In this document: positions 8,690-18,157 of the stretch, one piece after another | How the letters are laid out: every line of letters begins with the position of its first letter | Numbering within the stretch: position 1 is the first letter of the stretch | Assembly: GCA_049517415.1 (NCBI GenBank) | Contig: JBEKSC010000026.1 | Location: 1-37,604, forward strand | Direction of reading: 5' to 3' | Length of the DNA stretch: 37,604 nucleotides | Source: Candidatus Bathyarchaeia archaeon | GTDB lineage: Archaea > Thermoproteota > Bathyarchaeia > 40CM-2-53-6 | Made by a program: the position numbers and the translations under genes | Notes under the pieces: generated by a model | Seen by the model: only the letters and a program-made list of their open reading frames with translations | Told to the model about the DNA's origin: nothing | Databases searched by the model: none

Positions 8690-9487
8690 TTGAGATGTGA
8701 GAGGTGTGGAGTGGAGGTCGACCTTCCCTTCAAGTGCAATTACTGCGGGCACTACTATTGCCCCGACCACAGATTACCGGAAAATCACGAGTGCAGTGAA
8801 ACATGGCGCGTGAAGGCCGTCAGGTCTGCTAGGGCGAACGCTTCAACCATGCAACTCGCGTCCGGGGCTCGGAGCATGCTCCTTTCACCCAGCTTACGTG
8901 GTGTCCGTTTCAGTCGGACTGAGTTGCGCCATTTGGCGTTGGGTACAGTATTGGTGACGGCGGCCGGCGTTTCCTTTATCCTCGGAAACGCATTCACGCT
9001 ACCCGGGTTGATACTGGCAGCGTTAATTTTCTCGATGGGCTTCATACTACATGAGCTTGCTCACAAGTATGTAGCCCAAGGGTATGGGCTTTGGGCTGAG
9101 TTTCGAGTAAATGCAACTGGGTTAATTTTGACAGCCCTTTCCATTGTCTCTCCCATAAAATTCATCGCGCCTGGGGCGGTCGTGATCTCAGGGTTCGCAG
9201 AGAAAGACCATATCGGCCGCACCGCCATCGCGGGGCCCATTGTAAATGTGATAATTACCATAGCGCTTCTCACTCTTCTTCCGAGCCTTCAGCAATCACT
9301 CGTGTACCTTCCGATCTTGTTCGGCGCTAGCATCAACGCGTTTCTCGCCCTGTTTAACATGATTCCGTTCTCAGTTTTTGATGGTCGGAAAGTTTACTAT
9401 TGGAATAAACTTTACTGGGCGGCCTTGTTCTTTGTGTCACTTGCCCTTACGATCTATACGAATTTCGTTCTCAGGCCCTTCTCGTAG
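8690..9487 (+). CDS. AN1-type zinc finger fused to an M50 (site-2) intramembrane metalloprotease
   Basis: CERC-x9-CNYC-x4-CPDHRLPENHEC is an AN1 finger. HELAH, AGP and NMIPFSVFDG are M50 motifs. Start placed at TTG 8690 (ATG 8660 is an alternative). Confidence 0.88.
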   Translation: MRCERCGVEVDLPFKCNYCGHYYCPDHRLPENHECSETWRVKAVRSARANASTMQLASGARSMLLSPSLRGVRFSRTELRHLALGTVLVTAAGVSFILGNAFTLPGLILAALIFSMGFILHELAHKYVAQGYGLWAEFRVNATGLILTALSIVSPIKFIAPGAVVISGFAEKDHIGRTAIAGPIVNVIITIALLTLLPSLQQSLVYLPILFGASINAFLALFNMIPFSVFDGRKVYYWNKLYWAALFFVSLALTIYTNFVLRPFS

Positions 9488-9498
9488 GCCGCGCGATC

Positions 9499-9717
9499 TT
9501 ATTCCTTTACTACCTTAACCAGCAAGAAAGCACCGACTAGGAAGAGCACTAGCGCCATTAAGGCTACGACAGAAATATCGAGCTTCAATCGGTGAAGCAT
9601 AACAAGGCTGAGGTAGCTCGGTGACATGATTAGGGCTGCCGCGACCAGCACCAACACAACATCACGGAAACCACGTTTCTTCTCCGGTTCTTGCTCCGCC
9701 AACGGTACATACCTCAA
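9499..9717 (-). CDS. Small 2-TM membrane protein
   Basis: 72 aa with two hydrophobic helices after a basic N-terminus; exact start uncertain. Confidence 0.65.
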   Translation of the reverse strand: MRYVPLAEQEPEKKRGFRDVVLVLVAAALIMSPSYLSLVMLHRLKLDISVVALMALVLFLVGAFLLVKVVKE

Positions 9718-9952
9718 GCTACGCGCACTTGCCGTGTCGGCAAATAAATACTCCTACGTTCTTCAACACCCACCGCCGAAATCATGCCGCTTACTCTGCC
9801 ATTCATTATTTCTCACGAAAGTTCCCCGGCGGCGACCAAAATCAGTATGGCAGTAAGGGACCTACGTTATTTCTGGACCGGTTTTTCTGCCAGCGATTTC
9901 CACCGTGTCTTCGCGTTGTTGTCATTTCTTGATATAGAAATTTCCCGTAGAC

Positions 9953-10001
9953 TTTATACATGATGGTTGTGTGCGCCAGCTTAACTCGAAATGAAAGGTG
10001 A
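9953..10001 (+). promoter_or_regulatory. TATA box and Shine-Dalgarno of gdhA
   Basis: TTTATA at 9953-9958 and AGGTGA at 9996-10001, 6 nt before ATG 10008. Confidence 0.5.
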
Positions 10002-10007
10002 ACGTGA

Positions 10008-11369
10008 ATGAATGATTATGTTTCAAAGCTAATGGCCGAAGTTAAAGCAAAGAATCCCGCCGAACCTGAATTTCATCAAGCAGTTCAGGAAGCCGCCGAG
10101 TCAGTTAGCATCGTTATCGAACGACATCCGGAATACAAGAAAGCCAAGATCCTGGAGCGAATAATCGAACCCGAACGCGTTCTGATGTTTAGAGTACCCT
10201 GGCAAGATGACAAAGGCAACTATTGCGTAAACCGAGGCTTCCGGATTGAGATGAATAGTGCCATTGGGCCGTACAAGGGCGGCCTCAGATTCCATCCCAC
10301 CGTCAACCTTGGGATACTCAAGTTCCTTGCCTTCGAGCAAGTCCTCAAGAACTCCTTGACCACTCTTCCGATGGGAGGAGGCAAAGGAGGATCCGACTTC
10401 GACCCGAAGGGGAAGAGTGACGATGAGGTAATGCGCTTTTGCCAAAGCTTCATGAGCGAACTCTTCCGGCACATAGGCCCGAACACGGACGTGCCAGCCG
10501 GTGACATTGGAGTTGGTGGACGCGAAATCGGCTACTTATTCGGGCAGTACAAGAGACTGAAGGATGAGTTCACGGGCGTATTGACTGGGAAAGGTTTGAG
10601 CTGGGGAGGCTCATTGATTCGCGCAGAAGCCACAGGCTATGGAGCGGTATACTTCGCCGAAGAAATGCTCAAGACCCGCAACGAGAACCTGAAGGGAAAG
10701 ACAGCCCTAGTCTCCGGTAGCGGTAATGTAGCCCAATACACTGTTGAGAAACTGAACCAATTAGGAGCGAAAGCCGTTACACTATCCGACTCAAGCGGCT
10801 TCATCTACGACAGTTCTGGAATCGATACTGAGAAGCTCGCTTTTGTCATGGATCTTAAGAATGTCAGGCGCGGAAGAATTAAGGAATATGCAGACAAATT
10901 CAAGAGCGCAAAGTACACACCAGTTGATTCGAAGATGGATCACAACCCGATTTGGGACATAAAGGCACAATGCGCATTTCCGAGCGCTACTCAAAACGAA
11001 ATCAATGCCAAGGACGCCGCCAACCTCCTCAAGAACGGAGTTTACGTTGTATCTGAAGGCGCCAACATGCCGTCGACTCTTGATGCGGCTAAGCTGTTTG
11101 TAGACAAGAAGATCCTATACGGCCCCGCCAAAGCCGCGAACGCAGGCGGAGTCGCAACATCTGGTCTCGAGATGTCACAGAACAGCCTAAGACTAAGTTG
11201 GACGCGCGAAGAAGTCGACAGCAGGCTACACGAGATAATGGTGAAGATTCACAAAGCTTGCTTCGAGACCGCCAACGAGTACGGTACGCCGGGCAACCTC
11301 GTTAACGGCGCGAACATGGCAGGATTCCTGAAAGTAGCCAACGCAATGCTGGACCAAGGCCTGGTCTAA
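10008..11369 (+). CDS. gdhA: NADP-specific glutamate dehydrogenase
   Basis: GPYKGGLRFH, LPMGGGKGGSDFDP, DVPAGDIGVG, EATGYG, GSGNVA, EGANMP, KAANAGGVATS. Confidence 0.97.
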   Translation: MNDYVSKLMAEVKAKNPAEPEFHQAVQEAAESVSIVIERHPEYKKAKILERIIEPERVLMFRVPWQDDKGNYCVNRGFRIEMNSAIGPYKGGLRFHPTVNLGILKFLAFEQVLKNSLTTLPMGGGKGGSDFDPKGKSDDEVMRFCQSFMSELFRHIGPNTDVPAGDIGVGGREIGYLFGQYKRLKDEFTGVLTGKGLSWGGSLIRAEATGYGAVYFAEEMLKTRNENLKGKTALVSGSGNVAQYTVEKLNQLGAKAVTLSDSSGFIYDSSGIDTEKLAFVMDLKNVRRGRIKEYADKFKSAKYTPVDSKMDHNPIWDIKAQCAFPSATQNEINAKDAANLLKNGVYVVSEGANMPSTLDAAKLFVDKKILYGPAKAANAGGVATSGLEMSQNSLRLSWTREEVDSRLHEIMVKIHKACFETANEYGTPGNLVNGANMAGFLKVANAMLDQGLV

Positions 11370-11420
11370 GCCAATACCACACGACTAAATTCACGAGGGC
11401 TTTCTTCAAGCCCCCGTCAA

Positions 11421-11442
11421 CTTTTTCTCTTTCCTTCCCCTT
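11421..11442 (+). terminator. Pyrimidine tract, probable terminator of gdhA
   Basis: CTTTTTCTCTTTCCTTCCCCTT, ~50 nt after the stop. Confidence 0.5.
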
Positions 11443-11464
11443 ATCGCATCTAGGGTATCGACCT

Positions 11465-11842
11465 GTGAGGATTCTCCACACCTGCCTGAACGTTTCCAAT
11501 ATTGACCGCTCGATTGAGTTCTACACGAAACGGATCCGCTTGCAATTTGTTAGCCGACGCGAGGTCAAGCAAAACAACGCCGAGATCGCCTTCTTGCAGG
11601 ATAAAGACGGTGGAGCAATCGAGTTGACTTATTGGCGGGACAAGAAAGAGTTGAAGGAAGGCGACAACTTCGACCACATAGCATTCGAAGTCAGCGACAT
11701 AGATTCAACCATCCAAGACTTGAGAGGTCACGGAGTAACAATTACCATGGAGCCGTTCTCACTCCAGGGCTCCTCCAGCAAGATCGCATTCATCAAGGAC
11801 CCCGACGGAAATTGGCTGGAACTCATAGAGTCACACAAATGA
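11465..11842 (+). CDS. VOC-family protein, lactoylglutathione lyase (glyoxalase I)-like
   Basis: ILHTCLNV...SIEFY...IELTY...FDHIAFEV...AFIKDPDGNWLELIE; H/E/H/E metal ligands present. Confidence 0.88.
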   Translation: MRILHTCLNVSNIDRSIEFYTKRIRLQFVSRREVKQNNAEIAFLQDKDGGAIELTYWRDKKELKEGDNFDHIAFEVSDIDSTIQDLRGHGVTITMEPFSLQGSSSKIAFIKDPDGNWLELIESHK

Positions 11843-11993
11843 ATACGGCTCAGAATTGGTAAACGGTGTTCTAAGAATCGCTGACGTCCCCGTTGTCGCG
11901 GGTGCTGCACTGGTTACATGGGTTGGGGTTCGGCGGCGAATAAAACCCAGCTAAGCCAGAGTGTTCGCGTTAGGCTACCGACTGGGATGGTGT

Positions 11994-12776
11994 TCATCGC
12001 TGTTGAGGAATTATCTTTTGGGCGAACGTCATGTATCCCGTATGGCCGACCATGATTGTGGCGGGCCTCGTCTTTCCGGTGTCAGCCCTGATTTCTCGAA
12101 TGAAACATTCTAAAGTGTGCACGTTGACGAATCCCACTTTCGTGAACGTCTCGGTTGTCTTCTCGACTTGATTGAATGTCGGGCTGAAAGAGACCACCGG
12201 AGCGCCCCCCAACAAGGCATTGTGAATATGAGGGACCAGGGGCCAAGGATCTCCGACATCGATTATGGCCGCGTCAAAATCGCTTCCTTCCACACCCCCA
12301 TTCGCATCGGCTCTATGAACCGTCACATAGTCCGAGACGGAGGCTCGTCTCAGGTTGCGTTCGGCCACATCCGCAAATTCATTGCGAGCTTCGTACGTGT
12401 GCACGTGACCGCCTGGCCTTACAGCTGTCGCAGCTGCGACTGTCATTGCGCCGCTGCCCGTCCCAATCTCGAGAACCTTCATACCTGAGCTTAGGGAGAG
12501 TTTCAACACAATGATGCCGATATCTTTCGGGTACATTATCTGAGTCTGCCGAGCGGTGTGCATTATGAAATCGTGGGTAGTCGGCCTGAGAACCCAAAAG
12601 ACCTCGCCCAATGAGCTCTTCACTGAACTTCCAAAGGTTGATCCGATTAGGTCGTCTAGTTTTATGAAGCCCTTATGCGTGTGGAACTGTTTGCCTTTCT
12701 CTACCCTCAGGAGCCATTGACGCCTTAAATCCCAGTAGAGAAGAACCAATGAACCCTCCGCGATCATGCTACCCAA
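11994..12776 (-). CDS. trmI: tRNA (adenine-57/58-N1)-methyltransferase
   Basis: FHTHKG, RQTQIMYPKD, LEIGTGSG, DVGDPW, SPTFNQV, RP...VGHTGY. Confidence 0.93.
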   Translation of the reverse strand: MGSMIAEGSLVLLYWDLRRQWLLRVEKGKQFHTHKGFIKLDDLIGSTFGSSVKSSLGEVFWVLRPTTHDFIMHTARQTQIMYPKDIGIIVLKLSLSSGMKVLEIGTGSGAMTVAAATAVRPGGHVHTYEARNEFADVAERNLRRASVSDYVTVHRADANGGVEGSDFDAAIIDVGDPWPLVPHIHNALLGGAPVVSFSPTFNQVEKTTETFTKVGFVNVHTLECFIREIRADTGKTRPATIMVGHTGYMTFAQKIIPQQR

Positions 12777-12795
12777 ATCGATTAACTCAGCTCCA

Positions 12796-13236
12796 TTACG
12801 ATAATTCTTGAAACTTCTGGGCTAAACGCTTCCCGGGGCGCAGTGGGACGAAGCCCACGCGGAATGTTGTTGGATTGCCATTCCAAGTAATTGAAACACT
12901 AACGAAGAATATACGAATCAGTGTCGGAATAGCGCTGACTACAGAAATGAGGAGTGCGTATGAGCTTACGGTTTGCTCGTTTTGGGGTGTTAGATTGACT
13001 AAAAACCAAAGCGCATTGAATCTCGTCACCAGCATAGTAGCCGCGGCGATTAACATGAGTGTAGCGAAAGGGATTACACTCTTGCGCTCAACTACAACTG
13101 ACCTTATTCGGTTAATGGGAAGTTGATAGGACTTGGAGACACCCCACTCTTTGCTATTGATGACCATCCGGTCATTGTAGAGGTTGATGGACCCCACCAA
13201 CCCACCGCAGTTGAAAGACTCCTTATGTGAGAGCAA
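12796..13236 (-). CDS. Hypothetical membrane protein (beta-rich N-terminus with a 2-TM insertion)
   Basis: 146-aa ORF co-oriented with and tightly packed among its neighbours; two hydrophobic helices. Confidence 0.65.
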   Translation of the reverse strand: MLSHKESFNCGGLVGSINLYNDRMVINSKEWGVSKSYQLPINRIRSVVVERKSVIPFATLMLIAAATMLVTRFNALWFLVNLTPQNEQTVSSYALLISVVSAIPTLIRIFFVSVSITWNGNPTTFRVGFVPLRPGKRLAQKFQELS

Positions 13237-13283
13237 TGACCGTATCCTCGGTTATGCTTATCGGCATTGTCTAGCTGGGTTCG

Positions 13284-13916
13284 CTAGTTAAAGTATTGAA
13301 GAATTTGAGTGAGGTCGTCATCTTCCACGACAAAGTCAGCTTGGCGCCTCGCGATGTCATTTTTCGGTTTAAATGCGATTCTCATGCACGCTGGATGAGA
13401 GAGATCGAAAGCTTGGTCACCGACGAGGGCGACTTCTTGCAGGGCAATCTGAAGTGAGGTAGCGACTTGTTCAATGATTTCTCGCTTATTGTTGACCGCG
13501 ACTCGCACTCTGATTCCACCCGTCAACCTACCATCCCTGGTCTCAAGTTCATTTGAAACGGACGCGTCTGCCTCAAGTTCCTCTGCGATCTTATTTGTTA
13601 GAAGTGACAGCCCCGCGCTAACAATGGCGGTCTTTACTTGCCTGCGTTTAAGCTCCGCAAAGATCTCCCGTGCCCCCCTTTGATACGGTATTTTCTCGAG
13701 GGCCCTCATTACGTTTGAAAGCGAAACTCCCGCCCAGCATCCAGCATCACTCTCAGCCCACTGCTTGTAGGATATCTCGCCGCGGCTGTACTTGAGGGCG
13801 GTTATCTTCCCTTGCTCCCAAGTACCAAAGGTTTCGTGAAGGTAGCGCCACAAGCTTTCTACGGGAGTTAAGGTTCCGTCTAAGTCGAAGATTACTAAGC
13901 GAACGTTACGATTCAT
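13284..13916 (-). CDS. HAD-superfamily phosphatase (SerB/phosphoserine phosphatase-like)
   Basis: Motif I FDLDGTL, motif II VSAG, motif III K, motif IV VGDQAFD. ATGA overlap with the upstream kinase. Confidence 0.88.
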   Translation of the reverse strand: MNRNVRLVIFDLDGTLTPVESLWRYLHETFGTWEQGKITALKYSRGEISYKQWAESDAGCWAGVSLSNVMRALEKIPYQRGAREIFAELKRRQVKTAIVSAGLSLLTNKIAEELEADASVSNELETRDGRLTGGIRVRVAVNNKREIIEQVATSLQIALQEVALVGDQAFDLSHPACMRIAFKPKNDIARRQADFVVEDDDLTQILQYFN

Positions 13917-15568
13917 TCTGCCCGACTGGCCTCGTGAAGGATCTTTAATATCTCAAGTATGACTGGCGTTGCAGTCCAGAAAGAGAATGCCTTCACATAT
14001 CTGACTCCGGTAGCTCGTCTCAATTCTACAGGACGTCCCTTTCGTAAGTACCCCTTTATGAACGCCTCAACTAGCATGCTAAGCCCGCGAGTGGGAATCT
14101 GACTTGCACTATAGTGTCCAGTGTAGAAGAGCAGCTCGGCTATGTCCCACGCGTAGTCGCCGCGTTTACCTGCCTGTTCCAAGTCGACGGTAAAGATTTC
14201 ACCGTTACTTGCCACAAAGTTCTCCGGTTTAGCATCCCCGACTGAAACCCCAACATCGTGAATCCTCGCCAGTGTCTCGCCGAGCAATTCGGCAAGTCGA
14301 CGTGGCCCCTCGGTAAATGTGCTCTGGTTAACGGCTGAAGTTACAAAATCGCTCATTGCGGTCCCAACCACATATTTTTCAACCAAGATTCTCTGACTGA
14401 GGTTCGCGTGAATTATCTGCGGGACTTGCAACCCCTTCTTGGCTAGGTAGCGGTTGATTCCATATTCATTGGTCATTCTGGTCTTTCCAGATACAGCAAA
14501 CACTTTGCTGCCGAATGATACAAGGTTGAGTGTGAACCACTTGAACCCATGCCAATCCGTGAACTTCTTTGCAACAAATTTCTCCCTCCCAGCCGTCACG
14601 AGGAATACTTCGTTAAGAACACCGGCCAATGGCGAAATTGTTATCGGACGACCGGGTCGCAGTTTTGACGCAATTTCGAATAACGATGCCGTCTCATTGA
14701 ATGAAGTGAAACCTTCGGCGGTTCTAAGGTAGAGGTAATCTTTTGGATTCTCGGGCTTCGTCCCCAGCAGTGCTGGATCTATTCCCAGCCTTATTGGCTC
14801 GCTGAGTTCGCGGGCAAGGAGATCTAGGCTAAGGTAAATTGAACGCCCCTTCGTGAGGTAGGAGTAGAATGCCCTTTGGCTCTGTCGTAGTATGTCCACT
14901 GCTTGCTCCGAAGTTCTGTCCTTCAACCATCGGTCGATAGCGTTGTCCTGGAACGCAACGTGGTCATCTTGAAGTTCCACCACATCGCCCTTCATCGCTG
15001 AAATTGCTGCTTTGAAAGCATCATGAATTGTGACAATGTTGCGTTTGCGAACTGAGGAATCCAGGAGCTTGAGGTAATCAGCCATGCTAGGCGCGAAAAC
15101 GCGTGCGCGTTTTCTCATACGCGAAATTCCGAAGAACTCTGGTTTCGCAACCAAGCCGCGGCACATTTCGCCGTATTCCACGACGAGATCTCGAGTTTCT
15201 TCCTTCACGATGCGTGTCTTAGCCTGGGTGCTTATTGTCTCAAGGTAGTCACTATTCGCTAGTGGGCGATGTGGATACAGGAATTTGTCGGTGATGAAAT
15301 CACCGAGAGTACCCCTCTTGATATCTGACTCTATCAGATCTCGATCGGCTATGAGGAACCTAATTTGTTGGCCTTCGACAACTCTAAGATGGGCTCGCAG
15401 CCCATTTCCGTAGCTTTCGCATACGACCATAACGTCTTGGCCCTTGTACGAGCCTGGCCTTGCGTAGACAGAGGGCCCGTATTCGCAGATTGCTACCCTT
15501 TGAGACGGCGGAGCCAGCTCCTCTAGTTTGCCTAGAGCGACTTCCCTTAGGTCCGTCACTGATGTCAA
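13913..15568 (-). CDS. Kinase-like protein: degenerate nucleotidyltransferase-like N-terminus plus C-terminal Kdo/WaaP/Bud32-type kinase domain
   Basis: VAKKF (beta3 Lys), NEY (alphaC Glu), GDAKPENF (catalytic loop), VDLEQ (metal binding). N-terminal YGPSVY...QDVMVV resembles a Pol-beta NTase motif. Confidence 0.75.
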   Translation of the reverse strand: MTSVTDLREVALGKLEELAPPSQRVAICEYGPSVYARPGSYKGQDVMVVCESYGNGLRAHLRVVEGQQIRFLIADRDLIESDIKRGTLGDFITDKFLYPHRPLANSDYLETISTQAKTRIVKEETRDLVVEYGEMCRGLVAKPEFFGISRMRKRARVFAPSMADYLKLLDSSVRKRNIVTIHDAFKAAISAMKGDVVELQDDHVAFQDNAIDRWLKDRTSEQAVDILRQSQRAFYSYLTKGRSIYLSLDLLARELSEPIRLGIDPALLGTKPENPKDYLYLRTAEGFTSFNETASLFEIASKLRPGRPITISPLAGVLNEVFLVTAGREKFVAKKFTDWHGFKWFTLNLVSFGSKVFAVSGKTRMTNEYGINRYLAKKGLQVPQIIHANLSQRILVEKYVVGTAMSDFVTSAVNQSTFTEGPRRLAELLGETLARIHDVGVSVGDAKPENFVASNGEIFTVDLEQAGKRGDYAWDIAELLFYTGHYSASQIPTRGLSMLVEAFIKGYLRKGRPVELRRATGVRYVKAFSFWTATPVILEILKILHEASRAE

Positions 15569-15625
15569 CTGAACTTAGCCCAAGTATGTCTGCCCGAATT
15601 GAAGTTTAAACATCTTGTAGCCTTG

Positions 15626-16357
15626 CTACGCCATGTAAATCCTGTAAAACAGGGCCAGCATGCCGCTTCCATGAAGCCATATGTCCTTTAGTAGACGTTT
15701 GATGGGTGTTCTTCGCCCCTTCTTCTCGGTCCAGTAGATCGGTATTTCCTTAACTTTGAACCCTAATTTCTTGGCGAGAACGATAACCTCTGTATCCCAG
15801 AACCAAGAATCGCTTTTGGCCTCAATGGCCAGTCGCTCAACTAATTCACGTGAAAAGGACTTGAACCCACATTGGTGGTCGTGAACCCCGGTCCGGAACA
15901 TCATTTGGACCCACCAGTTGTATGCAATTGATGCGGTTCTTCGAAGCCAAGGGCGGGCGGTTAACGAAGCTGCAATATACCGTGACCCAGTAACGAGGTC
16001 AAAATCCCCTTGCAGATTGATCAGGTTCGCGTATGCATTGAGTTTCGTGAGGTCTGTCGCCTCGTCCACATCGACGTAGGCGTAGATGTTACCTTGAACC
16101 TTCTTCCAAGCTTCCCGCAAAGCCTTTCCCCTACCCAACCTGCGATCGTGTTGAAAGTAGATGATGTTTCGATATTTCGTTCGGAGTCTCTCAACTATTT
16201 GCGAAGAGTTGGACCCGTCTTCTGCGATCAAGAGGATGAAATCCTTCGAGATAGAAGGAGTGATTTCTTGTAGGGCGTCAGCTGTCTTCTCAAGCAACCC
16301 TGTGTCCTTATAGACTGGGAGTGTAACGATAAGGTTGGAATTTTGAGATCTGGACAC
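15626..16357 (-). CDS. GT2 glycosyltransferase (dolichyl-phosphate hexosyltransferase-like)
   Basis: LPVY, AEDGS, GRGKALR, YVDVD, GSRY, DHQCGFK, WFWDTE. The GTG start at 16357 overlaps the epimerase TAG. Confidence 0.88.
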   Translation of the reverse strand: MSRSQNSNLIVTLPVYKDTGLLEKTADALQEITPSISKDFILLIAEDGSNSSQIVERLRTKYRNIIYFQHDRRLGRGKALREAWKKVQGNIYAYVDVDEATDLTKLNAYANLINLQGDFDLVTGSRYIAASLTARPWLRRTASIAYNWWVQMMFRTGVHDHQCGFKSFSRELVERLAIEAKSDSWFWDTEVIVLAKKLGFKVKEIPIYWTEKKGRRTPIKRLLKDIWLHGSGMLALFYRIYMA

Positions 16358-17322
16358 TAGGCCAAGAGCTCCTTCTCCGCCTTCCGTATTGCAGCTTCGC
16401 TGTTGAGTTTCGGAGTCCAACCCAGCCTTCGCAATTTTCCTATGGAGAGATGCATTTGTTTGACGTCCCCTAACCATCCCCTCCCGCCGTCGACACCCCC
16501 CGTAAAATTCATCTTTACTCCATGCAGGCCCATTTGTTCGGCGACGATTTCGGCAATGTGTTTGACGGTGATTTGGTCCGCCGAACTTACGTTGTATACG
16601 TCGACACGTAGTTCAGAGGATAAGAAACGATCTTTAATGAAGCTGGCCGCGCCGAGGAGATCTTCGACATGGATGTAGGATTTTTTCTGGGTTCCGTCGC
16701 CTAGGATCTCTAGTGCGCTGGCATCTGCCTTCAGTTTCCTTAAGAAATCCACTACGACTCCGTGCGTCGCTCGTGATCCTACGCAGTTGCCAAAGCGTAA
16801 GATTAGGGCGCGCATCCCGTGCGTATATGCGTAAGAGCTGATGAGAGCCTCACAGCCTAGCTTGGTGGCACCGTAAGTAGAGATGGGTAAGAGTGGCCCG
16901 TAATCTTCAGGCGTGGGTAATTTAGACGCCTCGCCGTACACCGTGGAGGTGGATGCAAAAACGATATGTTTTGCGGTCTTGCTCTTGCGCAACGCTTCGA
17001 GTAACATGAAGGTTGCGAAGAGGTTCTCTTGGAAGTGCAAGGCTGGGTTGGTTTCGCCGACATTTACCTCAGGATTGGCGGCAAAATGATAAACCAGACT
17101 CACTCCATCCAGAACGTCATTCCATCCGCTAAATTTCTTCAGGTCTGCCTCGACAAATTTGAAGCCAGGTTTGGCGGACGAACTACGTAGGTTATCCAAA
17201 CTACCGCTACTGAGGTTGTCGATTACGACAACGTCGTCGCCCTCTGCCATCAAAGCTTCGACGAAATGACTCCCAATGAACCCAGCCCCACCAGTTACAA
17301 GAACATTCATCGAGCTACCCAT
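16357..17322 (-). CDS. NAD-dependent nucleotide-sugar epimerase/dehydratase (UDP-glucose 4-epimerase-like)
   Basis: VTGGAGFIGSH, HFAANP, STSTVYG, YGATK (YxxxK), LGDGTQ. Start placed at ATG 17322 after GGAGG. Confidence 0.92.
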   Translation of the reverse strand: MGSSMNVLVTGGAGFIGSHFVEALMAEGDDVVVIDNLSSGSLDNLRSSSAKPGFKFVEADLKKFSGWNDVLDGVSLVYHFAANPEVNVGETNPALHFQENLFATFMLLEALRKSKTAKHIVFASTSTVYGEASKLPTPEDYGPLLPISTYGATKLGCEALISSYAYTHGMRALILRFGNCVGSRATHGVVVDFLRKLKADASALEILGDGTQKKSYIHVEDLLGAASFIKDRFLSSELRVDVYNVSSADQITVKHIAEIVAEQMGLHGVKMNFTGGVDGGRGWLGDVKQMHLSIGKLRRLGWTPKLNSEAAIRKAEKELLA

Positions 17323-17410
17323 ACCCTCCGTTCTGCTAATTATCTCGCCAGTGGGATTTAATCGATAAAGGTAGAAGGCAGGCCTAATCACCATTGTGGC
17401 TTGAGGATTA

Positions 17411-18157
17411 ATGCCTGCCAGAACGCGAGAAGGACTGGTTTCAGTGGTCCTTTCAACTTACAACGAGCGCGAAAATGTATCTAAGCTTGTCCCAATCATC
17501 GAAAGCATTTTGAAGAGCAGTAAGATTCGGGGCGAGATAGTAGTAGTAGACGACAACTCGCCTGATGGTACTTCTGACCTGGTGAGGAAGCTAGGCAGGA
17601 AATATGGGAACGTTCGATTACTCTGGCGTCCTAGAAAGATGGGACCCGGCTCCGCCCATGCTGACGGTTACAGATTCGCCAAGGGCGACATCATCGTAGG
17701 TATGGATACTGACTTTTCTCACAGCCCGTACGACATCCCTCGTTTCGTCGCAAAAATCAATGAGGGGTATGACTTAGTCGTCGGCTCACGCTACATCAAG
17801 GGAGGTCAATATGAAGTGAAATCATTCCAAACCTTGGAAAAGAGTATTGCAAGTAGGCTGGGGAACATCCTCATAGTCTTGCTTTCACATGTGCCGGTAC
17901 ACGACTTCACGACAGCCTTGCGTGCCATTCGACGGGAAGCAGTCTGGGGAGTTGAAACGAAGTCGAAGGGGAATTCGTTTTTCATGGAGTTCATCGTTAA
18001 GGCGTACTGGAAAGGGTATAGGACAACTGAGGTTCCAATCGTATTCAGGGATAGGGTGATCGGGAAGTCAAAGTTGAAATTGGGCAGTCAATCGTTCAAG
18101 ATGCTCGCGGACCTTGTGAGGCTGAGTTCGCAAGCTAACGCTTCGTCAATGGTTTAA
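17411..18157 (+). CDS. Polyprenol/dolichol-phosphate mannosyltransferase (DPM1-like GT2)
   Basis: TYNEREN, VVDDNSPDGT, MDTDFSH, GSRYIKGG, EVPIVFRDR, GKSKL. Confidence 0.9.
   Translation: MPARTREGLVSVVLSTYNERENVSKLVPIIESILKSSKIRGEIVVVDDNSPDGTSDLVRKLGRKYGNVRLLWRPRKMGPGSAHADGYRFAKGDIIVGMDTDFSHSPYDIPRFVAKINEGYDLVVGSRYIKGGQYEVKSFQTLEKSIASRLGNILIVLLSHVPVHDFTTALRAIRREAVWGVETKSKGNSFFMEFIVKAYWKGYRTTEVPIVFRDRVIGKSKLKLGSQSFKMLADLVRLSSQANASSMV

Noticed and set aside
11921..11960. GGGGTTCGGCG resembles the 5' Alu region of archaeal SRP RNA
   Set aside because: The ~300-nt body and helix-8 motif do not follow; the downstream sequence is the trmI coding region.
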